The notes beneath the pieces are model-generated. The model ran no database searches and was not told the origin of the DNA. It saw only the letters and a list, made by a program, of their open reading frames with translations. A DNA stretch of 61,863 nt. Source: a virus. Taxonomy: Duplodnaviria > Caudoviricetes. Where the stretch lies: positions 1-61,863 of IMG/VR virus record IMGVR_UViG_3300037247_000311; one strand, given 5' to 3'. Positions 1 through 8,780 of the stretch are shown in pieces (the first letter of the stretch is position 1; each line of letters begins with the position of its first letter). A program made the position numbers and the translations under genes.

Positions 1-127
1 GCACGTGCATGGCCAAACCGTGCTAGCTCCGATTGCTGGCCAAGAAGGTTGGCCGTCTCCTCAAAAGGAGCAGCTTCCTCATCAGCACGTAGCGCCCTAT
101 CGAGCTGGCTTGTAAACCCTGGTGTCA
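1..127. repeat. 127-bp terminal direct repeat (copy 1); circular assembly overlap
   Basis: Bases 1-127 are identical to 61737-61863; 127 is a standard assembler k-mer length, and the repeat falls inside a reading frame that continues across the junction. Confidence 0.95.
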
Positions 128-257
128 GCCGTGGTGGTGGGGGAGGGGGTACAGGCGTAGGCGTAGGCTCATCTGGAGGGCGAATAATAGACTGTGTTGC
201 CCTGCGCCGTGGCCTAGGGAAGACCGTGCGCCCATCTGGAATAAAGCGGAAAGGCGT
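1..257 (-). CDS. N-terminal part of the internal virion protein annotated at 60095-61669 (spans the origin)
   Basis: The frame of 60095..61669 stays open through 61736 and wraps to a TAA at 273-275. An AGGAG SD (266-270) lies 8 nt before an in-frame ACG at 257. The segment encodes a Pro-rich N-terminus. Confidence 0.6.
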
Positions 258-268
258 AGTAGTATCTC

Positions 269-427
269 CTACTTACGTGAACGTCTAGGCTTAAACCCGT
301 GGTCAATCGCCCTCAGAAGACGTGCCTGGCTCTTTGCCTTCTTTTTCGTAGTAGATTTAGCTTTTGTGCCACCTGGCGTACTGACGCGATAACGGCCCTC
401 ATCCGTCTTACGGATTTTAACGGGCAC
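269..427 (-). CDS. small basic protein, 52 aa (MPVKIRKTDEGRYRVSTPGGTKAKSTTKKKAKSQARLLRAIDHGFKPRRSRK)
   Basis: Translated by hand (below the ORF-track cutoff). The GTG start overlaps the stop of the upstream ORF and the gene fills the gap in the operon. Lys/Arg-rich. Confidence 0.75.
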   Translation of the reverse strand: MPVKIRKTDEGRYRVSTPGGTKAKSTTKKKAKSQARLLRAIDHGFKPRRSRK

Positions 428-735
428 TAGGAGACCTTTGCAACGCCCGTCTCACCTGCGCCAACTCCGGCCTCCTGGGGGGAGAACTTGAAACGGGATG
501 CCTTGTGCTCAACCTCTAGCCACTTCTCAATAGTATCCTTCCCGTGGCCCATGACTCCCATGAGTTCCATCTCTGCATCTACTTCTCGCATGAACTCAAC
601 AGCGTCCGCCCGCGTCGGAAGAGATTTCCCAACAGGCGAATTATCACGGGTGTCAAAGACCTGATACCGTGATCCAACCTTGATAACATCAAAGATGTAG
701 TGGTAGTGTACTCCCTCTGGCTGAGCATGTGCCAT
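427..735 (-). CDS. hypothetical protein
   Basis: ORF tightly packed in the minus-strand late operon. Confidence 0.7.
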   Translation of the reverse strand: MAHAQPEGVHYHYIFDVIKVGSRYQVFDTRDNSPVGKSLPTRADAVEFMREVDAEMELMGVMGHGKDTIEKWLEVEHKASRFKFSPQEAGVGAGETGVAKVS

Positions 736-736
736 A

Positions 737-1435
737 TTAAAATCCTTCTGGTCTAGCGGCCTGTTGCTGGAAGATTACGTCCTCAGGGCGCATCCCAAAG
801 CTCTGGAGCAGCCCTAAGAGCGACTGCACAATCACGGGACTCGTATGTCGAAAGAAGGCAGGATCGATCTGATTCAGCAGAGGCGCAACACCCCGCTGAA
901 GTTGCCCCAGGCCCGCGATGCTAATAAATGGGTTGTTTTGCACAGCACCGGCAAGAAGCCGTGCAGCTTCGGCAGTTTGGCCAGTACCCACAGCACGACT
1001 TGGATCAGGGCGGATATACTCTAGAGCCCTTGCATACCCCAAACGGTCGTTCCGTCGTAGGTCCTCTAGTTGGAGAAGCGCAGGATCAACACCAGCCGAA
1101 CGCTGAGCAGCCTCCCCCAAGCTCAATGCATTAATCGTAGGGATATTTGTCGTCCCACCAGTCTGTCCAAAGAAACGGCCTACGGTAAAGGGGTTGTCGC
1201 TCGAAATCAGAAACGGGCCATCAGGGCCAAAAGCTGCCGTTGCCGCAATAGGAGTAGCGGGAGTAGGCAATTGCGGAGGAATAGTTGCCAGCGTACGTGC
1301 GCCACCTGGTCTACTAGGCGCCTGCAAACTAGGTGTCTGAGGCAGCTTCCGAGTAAACGGGGATGTGTCAAAGAGCGCAGTACGTGTCTGCGGGTTCTTG
1401 CTCCGTTGTCGTGCAAGAGATGTCGTATGGGGCAT
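737..1435 (-). CDS. putative internal virion protein
   Basis: Ala/Gly/Pro/Gln-rich ORF coupled to its neighbours, downstream of the portal gene. Confidence 0.5.
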   Translation of the reverse strand: MPHTTSLARQRSKNPQTRTALFDTSPFTRKLPQTPSLQAPSRPGGARTLATIPPQLPTPATPIAATAAFGPDGPFLISSDNPFTVGRFFGQTGGTTNIPTINALSLGEAAQRSAGVDPALLQLEDLRRNDRLGYARALEYIRPDPSRAVGTGQTAEAARLLAGAVQNNPFISIAGLGQLQRGVAPLLNQIDPAFFRHTSPVIVQSLLGLLQSFGMRPEDVIFQQQAARPEGF

Positions 1436-2004
1436 TAGCGGCGGGCCTCTTGTCTCGCCAGTTGGTCTAGCGCAGGCGACACAGATACCGTATACGGGCC
1501 AAACCGGCCCTGCACAGTCTGGAGCCCACCACGCCTACTCTCATCAAGACTAATAATTCCAGTCTCATTACCTCTCCCCTGTCCTGATGGCAGCCTCACC
1601 CTTGCCCACGGCCTTCCATTCCGACGGAACACGCCTATCACCTTGGCCTGCGGTGGTCCTGTAGCAAACATGCCTGCGTTCTGTAAAAGTTGGCTTGCTA
1701 GATCACCAAAGGCAGCCGGTGCTGGACGCCCCGCCCCGCCAGTACGAGCAAGATCAGTCGCAGGAGCGAGCACGCCCCCACCACCTGCCTGCCCTCCAGC
1801 TCCAAAAGCTGTTAACGCGGGAACAATACTAAAAGGATCACGTTGAACATCTAAGAGCTGCTGAAGCAGGCTCCGCCCAAACTCCTGCCGTGAAAGCTCA
1901 CTCTGAAGGGCGAGACGCTGCGCGTCTAGGTCCAACTGTGCTAAGTTGAACCCGCCAGCAATATTAAACGAACCGCTACCGCCGAAGAGATTAGATAGGG
2001 ACAT
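1435..2004 (-). CDS. putative internal virion protein
   Basis: Gly/Ala/Gln-rich with a short coiled-coil segment; coupled to neighbours. Confidence 0.5.
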   Translation of the reverse strand: MSLSNLFGGSGSFNIAGGFNLAQLDLDAQRLALQSELSRQEFGRSLLQQLLDVQRDPFSIVPALTAFGAGGQAGGGGVLAPATDLARTGGAGRPAPAAFGDLASQLLQNAGMFATGPPQAKVIGVFRRNGRPWARVRLPSGQGRGNETGIISLDESRRGGLQTVQGRFGPYTVSVSPALDQLARQEARR

Positions 2005-2005
2005 A

Positions 2006-2695
2006 CTATACTCTTCCTATACCTGCAAGCATTTGAGACACTTGCGGTGACACTGGGCCAGGCTGTGCAAGAGCGCCCACGTCAAACTCCTGCTCAACAA
2101 CAGGAGCACCCCCAAATGGTAGACCAAAGGTCTGTGACACTTGTGCAAGAGCCCCTGTAGGCTCCATTCCAGGAAAGAACTCAGTCCCCTTCGGGGTCAG
2201 AAACCCAGCAAGTTGGCGGGCCTGATCAACCGCACTAAGACGCCGCTGATCTGCAATATCTTGGGCAGTGTTAAAGGCTGTTAGGGAGTTAAGGGCGCGG
2301 TCGAGAGTTATCCGACGGGTCGCAAGAGCCTCTTGTGCGAGGTTTGTCCGCTTCTGTTCAGCCAGTTCTGCTTGGAGAAGCGCGAGTTCACCAGGGCGAA
2401 ATTGGGGCGATCCGCCACCTGGGACTCCTTGGCCAAATGTAGGGTCGCGTATATACTGATAGTTACAAGGGCCTCCAGGGTACTCCTGGTTAGGGATTCC
2501 AACAAGCCCAGCAGCACTATAGTCTAGGGGACACTCGCTACCACCGTCTGCTGGATCATCCCCAGTTCCTCTTAGAGCGTCAAGAAACTCCGCCGCAAGA
2601 CCTCTAGGCTGCTCTCCAGAGACCCCCTGGAAGTCAAACGGGCTCCCTCCTTGCAGAAGGGTGTCAGGCGTAATTCCTGTAGGTGGATGAGACAC
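2006..2695 (-). CDS. putative internal virion protein
   Basis: GTG start with AGGAG SD; Gly/Pro-rich plus a coiled-coil segment. Confidence 0.5.
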   Translation of the reverse strand: MSHPPTGITPDTLLQGGSPFDFQGVSGEQPRGLAAEFLDALRGTGDDPADGGSECPLDYSAAGLVGIPNQEYPGGPCNYQYIRDPTFGQGVPGGGSPQFRPGELALLQAELAEQKRTNLAQEALATRRITLDRALNSLTAFNTAQDIADQRRLSAVDQARQLAGFLTPKGTEFFPGMEPTGALAQVSQTFGLPFGGAPVVEQEFDVGALAQPGPVSPQVSQMLAGIGRV

Positions 2696-2752
2696 AGCAA
2701 CTCCTAATTGCCGCGCCTCCAGAGACTTTTCGTCTCACGGCCTACTATCTAT

Positions 2753-2782
2753 AGTTTAACACAATTAGGGGGTCCGGGTCAA
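2753..2782 (-). promoter_or_regulatory. sigma70-type promoter
   Basis: TTGACC-N18-TAAACT with extended -10 TG, upstream of 2006..2695. Confidence 0.55.
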
Positions 2783-3058
2783 CTGCCTTGGAATCCCCAG
2801 TCTCTCGGCCTCATGAAGAAGCTCAGCCTGTCCGCCCAAGGTCGGCTGCGATTCCAGCATTTCCTGAAACTCCTCAGTACTAAGTTTCTCAATGTCAGGC
2901 TTAGTCACAGAAGTCTCAAGTGGCCCGTAGCCGTCTGCATAGATAGACGCAACCATGCGGTCAATAAGCTGAGTTACCCCATCAAGGACATTGATGAACC
3001 GATCGTTGATCCACGCACTCGTCATTAGCTCGTTGAATCTCCCGACTTTAGATGGCAT
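2765..3058 (-). CDS. hypothetical protein
   Basis: Overlaps the portal stop codon; same operon. Confidence 0.65.
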   Translation of the reverse strand: MPSKVGRFNELMTSAWINDRFINVLDGVTQLIDRMVASIYADGYGPLETSVTKPDIEKLSTEEFQEMLESQPTLGGQAELLHEAERLGIPRQLTRTP

Positions 3059-5138
3059 TTGGCAGCGCCTCTACTGGCTCAGGTGATCGTGGGCCAAAAT
3101 CACTCGTACCTTGCACGACCGGCATCCCAACTCCCGGCAGCCTCACCTGATCCTGCGGTTGTCCTGGCGCACCACCTCCGCCTGCTAAGCCCGTTGCGGG
3201 ATCAATTCCCAAATCAAGTGGCAGCTGATCCCCGCCTTCGGCCGGTACCCCCGCCGGTTCGGGATTAATCATTTCCTGAATGCGCCGCTTGCCCTGTGCA
3301 ATAGCTAGTTCAGCAAGGACAGGTTCAAGGGACTCCATTATACGAATAAGCAGCTTACCCTCGAAGACTCTTGCTATCTCCTCTTCGGGGTCTTCCGTAT
3401 CTGACTGCTCTACGACAGTCTGGTAGCTTGCCGTGCCTTGTTCCATCCGCTGCGCCAGTGCTTGCCACTTGGCGTACTTTGTAATAGGCGTCTCAGCGCC
3501 AAGAGCTACAATTATATCAAAGGGTAAATCTGCCATCTCAGGCGTAATCTTAGCAGGATCGGCGACACGAACCTTATCACCCTTGCGTGCATCATCCGGA
3601 AGCGTTGGGATATAAACCGGAATCCCGTGCTTCCGCACAGCGTAGATAATGCCCTTCATGATCGCCGCGAGAGCCTCAGCCCGCACGTTCTGGTACGGCA
3701 CCATCTGGATGTCAGCCTGTGCAACCTGAATCGCTAACCTGTGCCCAGATGTATCCGACGAAGCCTCACCTACCTGAGACTCTGCCATCTGGTAGAGTTC
3801 GGTCTCTGAGAGTAGCCGCGCTTCAGCCTTGTCTATATCCGCGTTAGGGGTCTCAACACGCTTGATCTCACCTGCAATGGTGGGAATAGCACGGTTCTCC
3901 TGGCCTACCTCTGGAGTCTTCTCCTCGTCCGAAGGCAGCATAGGCTGATCCGAAGACACCTTCACGTACGCAGGCGCGAGAGCTTCCTCAATAGACGCAG
4001 ACAGCCGTGCGGTCATCAACACGTTTAGCGCCTGTGCCGTAGACAGAACGCCCTCAATTACTGGCTGATACTTATAGGCTGGATCATCGTCCGTCGTCAC
4101 ATCGCCAGGCACAAGAGCATAGCCCGTAGTATATGGGCCAAATGGATTCGGAAACGAGAAGACAACACCCCGACCGCCTCGGCGCCTAGACCCCTTACGG
4201 AGCTTCGGGTGCTCGATCATAATAAAGATATTGTCTCGTGTACGAACTTCAGTGTAGGACACCGAGGCGCTCACATTACTTGTGGTAAAGAATCGGGAAG
4301 ACCCCGTATCCTGCGCTGGATAGGTACGTGATCCGACAGCCTCGGTTGTTTCTTCGTCTATAAATATCTTACCTGTGTCTTTGTCAAAGCGGAGCCCATA
4401 ATCACTAAAGGCTTCTAAGAGCGGGTTAAGCGCCTTCTCCCCCGTTTCGACCATGATAGCAATACCATCATCGTCCTCATGCCAGTAGCAGTTCAGCGGG
4501 TCTACGGCAATCAACCTAAACGGGGGGAACTCAGCACGGAGCGCGTCATCGGTGACTGCCTTAAAGGCATCCCCATCATTTTCGGTCTTAGATCGAGCAG
4601 CACGAAAAGCAGCACGGGCCTTGTTCCGCTCAGTGGCCCCCTCAATTGCATCATCCTCATCTGCGGCAACAATGTCGTCCAGGTTAAAGTCCTTTAGAGA
4701 CTGCCCGTGATCTGGCAGGAAGTCTACACGGATAATCCCTAGACCGTCTCCCTGCTGGTGCTGTGTGAGCTTCCAGTCGAAGGTAGGATTCCCACGGCTC
4801 ATCCACTTACCAAGGGCCTTGACACCGTTTTCTAGCTCCTGAGCTAACGTCTGTAGACCACCCCCAGAACGAAGGAGGATCACCTCATATTGAGGCTTGT
4901 TAGCAATAAGGCGCTTGGTACGCTTGTGAGCCTCCTGGTTAGGCAACTCGGTCTGATAGACCATAAGGGCCGTATCTTGTACCCTAGAGTTCAGAGGAAG
5001 TGACTCAAGAGCTGGCCCCATTCGACGGTAGCGTATTTCCCGCCGGTTGTCCCAGAGCGTATCACGAGTAATAAAGTCCTTCTTTATCTCGTCTCTGAGT
5101 TTCCAGAGTTCCGTATCGGAGGCGTTCTTTAGAGTCAT
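3048..5138 (-). CDS. portal (head-tail connector) protein
   Basis: 696-aa, largely helical protein directly downstream of TerL, with a low-complexity Gly/Pro/Gln C-terminal tail typical of podovirus portals. Assigned by synteny and size. Confidence 0.7.
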   Translation of the reverse strand: MTLKNASDTELWKLRDEIKKDFITRDTLWDNRREIRYRRMGPALESLPLNSRVQDTALMVYQTELPNQEAHKRTKRLIANKPQYEVILLRSGGGLQTLAQELENGVKALGKWMSRGNPTFDWKLTQHQQGDGLGIIRVDFLPDHGQSLKDFNLDDIVAADEDDAIEGATERNKARAAFRAARSKTENDGDAFKAVTDDALRAEFPPFRLIAVDPLNCYWHEDDDGIAIMVETGEKALNPLLEAFSDYGLRFDKDTGKIFIDEETTEAVGSRTYPAQDTGSSRFFTTSNVSASVSYTEVRTRDNIFIMIEHPKLRKGSRRRGGRGVVFSFPNPFGPYTTGYALVPGDVTTDDDPAYKYQPVIEGVLSTAQALNVLMTARLSASIEEALAPAYVKVSSDQPMLPSDEEKTPEVGQENRAIPTIAGEIKRVETPNADIDKAEARLLSETELYQMAESQVGEASSDTSGHRLAIQVAQADIQMVPYQNVRAEALAAIMKGIIYAVRKHGIPVYIPTLPDDARKGDKVRVADPAKITPEMADLPFDIIVALGAETPITKYAKWQALAQRMEQGTASYQTVVEQSDTEDPEEEIARVFEGKLLIRIMESLEPVLAELAIAQGKRRIQEMINPEPAGVPAEGGDQLPLDLGIDPATGLAGGGGAPGQPQDQVRLPGVGMPVVQGTSDFGPRSPEPVEALPNAI

Positions 5139-5141
5139 AGT

Positions 5142-5354
5142 TTAGCAGCCGTAGAAGTCCCCATGCGGCGTACGCACCAGAAAAGCCATACATCTATCGC
5201 AGTGGAACTCATGTGCAACATAATCACACTTGCGTACCCCAGGGTGACCAAAAGCCTGATGCCAGCCCCTACGGAGCCACAAGGTAATATTCCTCAGACA
5301 AAAGCCTTGTCGTGTATAGTGTGGCCCAATCTTTACATATGGCATTACAAACAC
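5142..5354 (-). CDS. small Cys/His-containing hypothetical protein
   Basis: Fills the gap between TerL and portal; GGAGG SD upstream; CxxC motif. Confidence 0.55.
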   Translation of the reverse strand: MFVMPYVKIGPHYTRQGFCLRNITLWLRRGWHQAFGHPGVRKCDYVAHEFHCDRCMAFLVRTPHGDFYGC

Positions 5355-5377
5355 CCCTCCACTCTAAGTATAACATA

Positions 5378-7567
5378 TTAGCGCGTAACGATGCCTCCCG
5401 GCCCAATAGCGTACTCTCTCTGGATTCCCCGCCGCCCTGCACCAGAAAACGCGTGTCTCAGCCCATAGCGAGCAGCGTCAGGGGCATGGTCTTCGCCATC
5501 TGAGTCTACGTCCTCTACGTTGTGCTCGTCTACAATGAGCAGCGGAAGCGTCCGCACAAGGTTCACGCAGGTATCAAAAACAAAGAACCTAGGCGGCGAA
5601 CTAACTCTTCCAGTGGGGTCTTCCGTCCAGTCCACCATCTCCCGCATGAGTCGCCAGCCCGGAACACGCTCGTTGTTCCCCTTGAGCACAGGCGCTATGC
5701 CTGCAAAGCCCCTTTTCCAGTCATCGGCCATAGACTCGATCTGTTCTCCCTTTACGTTCACCTTGCTAAAGAGGGACGGATCAAGAACCACCGCACGAAG
5801 AGTCTCAGAGGAGTCTGCTACTACTTGCTTTGCACGATAAATCTGTTCGCTCAGTTTCACGCCTTCCCCATACTGCTCACGGTAGAAGTATGCTACCTGA
5901 GTACCAGGGGGCCTCGCAAACCACAAGGTTGCATGGGGAGCACCATACCCATAGTCATTACAAAGGAACCTATCCCAATCAGGAGGAATATCAAAAGGCT
6001 TCACTACATGAAGCTCCGGACGCCAGCGTACGAAGAACTGGCCCATAAAGACTTCCCAGTCTCCCATTGCAGCGCGATATTCTTCATAGGGAAGTGCTCT
6101 CAGCCGCTCCGTATAGTTTGGGTCAGCCTTCATGAGAGTGTCGTTATCTGTAACCTTAGCAGGGATATATTGACGAGTCATACCGCCTTCAGCTACGGGG
6201 CTTCGCCAGACTTCTCCTGGTTTAGCAGGATCGTACCAACGGGCTTTCACCCAGCCATGTCCACGTCCAAGAGGAGTTGCCCCCGCACGTATACGAGGTC
6301 CCGGCCACCAGGGCTTAGTAGAACGACAACGGCTGGTGAGATACGTGTAGATGAACTGCGTAAAGTGCGTTAGCTCATCTAGGAGGATTGCGTCGAACTC
6401 GGCTGTATCATATGTATTCTGAGACGATAGACCCGATGCAACATAGGTATCACTACTAGACGAAAGGAGTGCCACAGGTCGATCAACGATCTCATCTACG
6501 GCGACAACAACGACTGACTGTGCACGGCTTTGAGGCACAGGAAGAGATTTTCCTAATAGTTTTGCCCACTTATCAAGTAGTCTGGGCGGGCGCGTCTCTA
6601 TAAGAAATCGAATAATCTGATCCATACCAAACAGGCGTACTTGATATGTATTACGGTGAGGAAGACAAGGATCAACTACAGAAATCCTATAACCCCTCTT
6701 AGTAAGCATACTCTTAACTGCACTAAGAAACGAGTTATCCTTCTGTGAGAAAGTTAGCATTGCAGAGCCGCCCGATATTGACAAACACCCGTCTGCATCA
6801 AATGCAGCAGCTAAGAATCCACTCTCATAATCCCGCCCCAAGTCTGTAGGGGGCGCAATCTGCCTAATTGCAACCTTCTCACCTTGCTTTATCCGCTTAT
6901 ATATCTCATCAGTTCGGAGCCAGTGGGGGCCATATCCCCTATCAACAAGCCATTTGTGTTCTGGATTAGCATCAATTGGCTGTCTATCATCAAAGTGTAG
7001 CCGATGTGTTGGCATAGTAACAGTACTATTAGATGTAACTACTGCACGGCTTAATCTACGTCGGCCCCCACGCTTTAGCACATTCCTGTCAAACCCTAGG
7101 ATTTCATCCCCCGCTCTTAGTTTGTCCGCTCTGACCCAACGCAAGTCTGCCGTAAGTATTGGAGTGCCTATTCCCACACACCGGGCGTCTTCGTCTTTCT
7201 CACAAAAGCGGAGGTGGAGAATCGACCCATTCTTAAAGATCAGGTCGTGGGACTTAGATGAGTAATGTGCGATGGAGGCCGGTACTTCCTGCTGGATAGA
7301 GATAATGTGAGTCTCTTCCAGTTGCCGGTAGGACTGACGGAAGAGAACCACCCTCGCACCAGGGTACGTCATACAGTATCGTACGGCCCAAGCACGAAGC
7401 GCGTAGGACTTGCCTCCACCCTTAGCTCCACCATAGAGTACTTCTTCTGCTTCACTCTCCATAAAATTAGATTGGGGGCCAACATGTGTTTGGTAAAGCA
7501 CGCGTTTCTTCTCACCTCCACCACGGCGGATAGCGTGCTGCTGAGCTGAGAGCCTAGCTCTGGGCAT
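5378..7567 (-). CDS. terL: terminase large subunit, intein-containing
   Basis: Walker A YGGAKGGGKS, Walker B ILLDELTHF, coupling motif GATP, RNase H-like nuclease motifs CNDYGYGAP and DHAPDAARY. Confidence 0.95.
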   Translation of the reverse strand: MPRARLSAQQHAIRRGGGEKKRVLYQTHVGPQSNFMESEAEEVLYGGAKGGGKSYALRAWAVRYCMTYPGARVVLFRQSYRQLEETHIISIQQEVPASIAHYSSKSHDLIFKNGSILHLRFCEKDEDARCVGIGTPILTADLRWVRADKLRAGDEILGFDRNVLKRGGRRRLSRAVVTSNSTVTMPTHRLHFDDRQPIDANPEHKWLVDRGYGPHWLRTDEIYKRIKQGEKVAIRQIAPPTDLGRDYESGFLAAAFDADGCLSISGGSAMLTFSQKDNSFLSAVKSMLTKRGYRISVVDPCLPHRNTYQVRLFGMDQIIRFLIETRPPRLLDKWAKLLGKSLPVPQSRAQSVVVVAVDEIVDRPVALLSSSSDTYVASGLSSQNTYDTAEFDAILLDELTHFTQFIYTYLTSRCRSTKPWWPGPRIRAGATPLGRGHGWVKARWYDPAKPGEVWRSPVAEGGMTRQYIPAKVTDNDTLMKADPNYTERLRALPYEEYRAAMGDWEVFMGQFFVRWRPELHVVKPFDIPPDWDRFLCNDYGYGAPHATLWFARPPGTQVAYFYREQYGEGVKLSEQIYRAKQVVADSSETLRAVVLDPSLFSKVNVKGEQIESMADDWKRGFAGIAPVLKGNNERVPGWRLMREMVDWTEDPTGRVSSPPRFFVFDTCVNLVRTLPLLIVDEHNVEDVDSDGEDHAPDAARYGLRHAFSGAGRRGIQREYAIGPGGIVTR
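6416..7180 (-). mobile_element. intein (255 aa) with LAGLIDADG homing endonuclease in TerL
   Basis: Starts CVGIGTPILTAD (block A), contains ANPEHKWL (block B) and FLAAAFDADG (LAGLIDADG), and ends YVASGLSSQN followed by a +1 Thr. Removal restores a contiguous ATPase domain (DEDAR|TYDTAEFDAILLDE). Confidence 0.92.
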
Positions 7568-8003
7568 CTACTTCTTGATACTCTTTGGCTTCTTCTGCTT
7601 CTTCGGATGAGGTAGTCCGTGTTTCGGCATCCATAACTCCATCTACAAGCTGCGGTTTATCGGGTACGCCCGGCAACCAGGGTACGATCTCCAGTGGTCC
7701 GCCCCCCTCCCCTGTCAATTCCTGTCGTTGTGGAACCTTTCCGAGCCCATGCTCAATAAGGAACTCCAATGCCTGACGATCTGGTATCTGCTGATAGATA
7801 CGCGACTCCCCGCTCCGACCGTCCGTCTTCTCCACCCACACGCCTCTGGCAAGCTCTGCAAGCGTACTAATAAACTCCGGAAGATGCTTAATGATCCAGC
7901 TTTCCGTACGGTCAGCAATCTTACGGCGCCGTTTAGGGCTAAGGGCTGCACCCCCTTTATCGAGCATCAACCACTTCCTGCTCAAAATCCTCCACCACGC
8001 CAA
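7554..8003 (-). CDS. terS: terminase small subunit (start uncertain, possibly 7967)
   Basis: Immediately upstream of and overlapping TerL; C-terminal PDRQALEFLIEHGLGKVPQRQELTGEGGGPLEI is typical of TerS. Confidence 0.75.
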   Translation of the reverse strand: MAWWRILSRKWLMLDKGGAALSPKRRRKIADRTESWIIKHLPEFISTLAELARGVWVEKTDGRSGESRIYQQIPDRQALEFLIEHGLGKVPQRQELTGEGGGPLEIVPWLPGVPDKPQLVDGVMDAETRTTSSEEAEEAKEYQEVDAQS

Positions 8004-8148
8004 ACTGCACCATCTCCTGCCAAATCATAGAATGCTTTTCCCTAGAAGATGCACGTGGCCAACGGTTCTCCGAATGTCTAATCATCCCCTCCAGCCGCCT
8101 CTGCTCCTGATCCAACCGCCTCTGTAGTAAGACTAAACGAGACAACAC
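7957..8148 (-). CDS. hypothetical protein (short coiled coil)
   Basis: First ORF after the promoter at 8250-8279; GAGGT SD. Confidence 0.5.
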   Translation of the reverse strand: MLSRLVLLQRRLDQEQRRLEGMIRHSENRWPRASSREKHSMIWQEMVQFGVVEDFEQEVVDAR

Positions 8149-8249
8149 TAGACCTCATAAGAAAGGGTGCTGGGGATTCCGCCCAGGAGGCAAGAGCAAA
8201 ACCCCCAGACTCACAGGCATCGCGCCTATGAGCATGCTTCACCTCTGTT

Positions 8250-8285
8250 ATTATAACACAAGTCTTACCCTCACGTCAAGGTTAG
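8250..8285 (-). promoter_or_regulatory. late promoter with palindromic operator over the -35 box (packaging operon)
   Basis: CTAACC-TTGACG-N18-TATAAT with extended -10 TG; the same motif recurs at 47740, 50632, 53107 and 56923. Confidence 0.8.
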
Positions 8286-8288
8286 AGT

Positions 8289-8780
8289 CTAGGAAATGGC
8301 GATGGGGGGTTCTTCCTCTGGTGGTTCCACCCACCCAGGAGGTTGACCAGGACTATCTGGCGTTAGGGGAAGTTCGTCATCCTTCTTGATACCCTTCAGC
8401 ATCTCACTAGACCACGTAGCGTGGGGGTCGGCTGCAATCTCCGACGTACCAGCAATGTGCTGGCCAATATCAAGATACCAGAACCCACGGAAGAGTTGGA
8501 TGAGCAAATCTGTGCCTACTCCACCAAGGCCGTCAAAGCTAACGCTGGCATCTATCAGCCATGCTTCGGCCTCTGTACAATCAATACCTACTGTAGTTAG
8601 GTCTTCGTCAATCTGACGAAGAATCGTCGTGTTGATCTTCTGGCGCAGGCCACGCATAACTGCATCTATCTTCGCCTGTGGGGCCTCCGTTGGCCAGTCT
8701 ATGTCCATTCCAGGGCGAACAACTCCTCGAATGTACCACGCAGCATCACCAGTAAGGGTAAGTACAAATGTATCACTCAT
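8289..8780 (-). CDS. hypothetical protein
   Basis: ORF coupled to its upstream neighbour by a 1-nt overlap. Confidence 0.7.
   Translation of the reverse strand: MSDTFVLTLTGDAAWYIRGVVRPGMDIDWPTEAPQAKIDAVMRGLRQKINTTILRQIDEDLTTVGIDCTEAEAWLIDASVSFDGLGGVGTDLLIQLFRGFWYLDIGQHIAGTSEIAADPHATWSSEMLKGIKKDDELPLTPDSPGQPPGWVEPPEEEPPIAIS

Noticed and set aside
1-127. Terminal repeat as a biological direct terminal repeat
   Set aside because: It is exactly 127 bp, a common assembler k-mer, and lies in the middle of a coding frame; it indicates circular assembly, not the physical genome ends.
5522-6373. 283-aa plus-strand ORF, and the many other antisense ORFs in the track
   Set aside because: It is a shadow of terL on the opposite strand, with no SD, no motifs and atypical composition.
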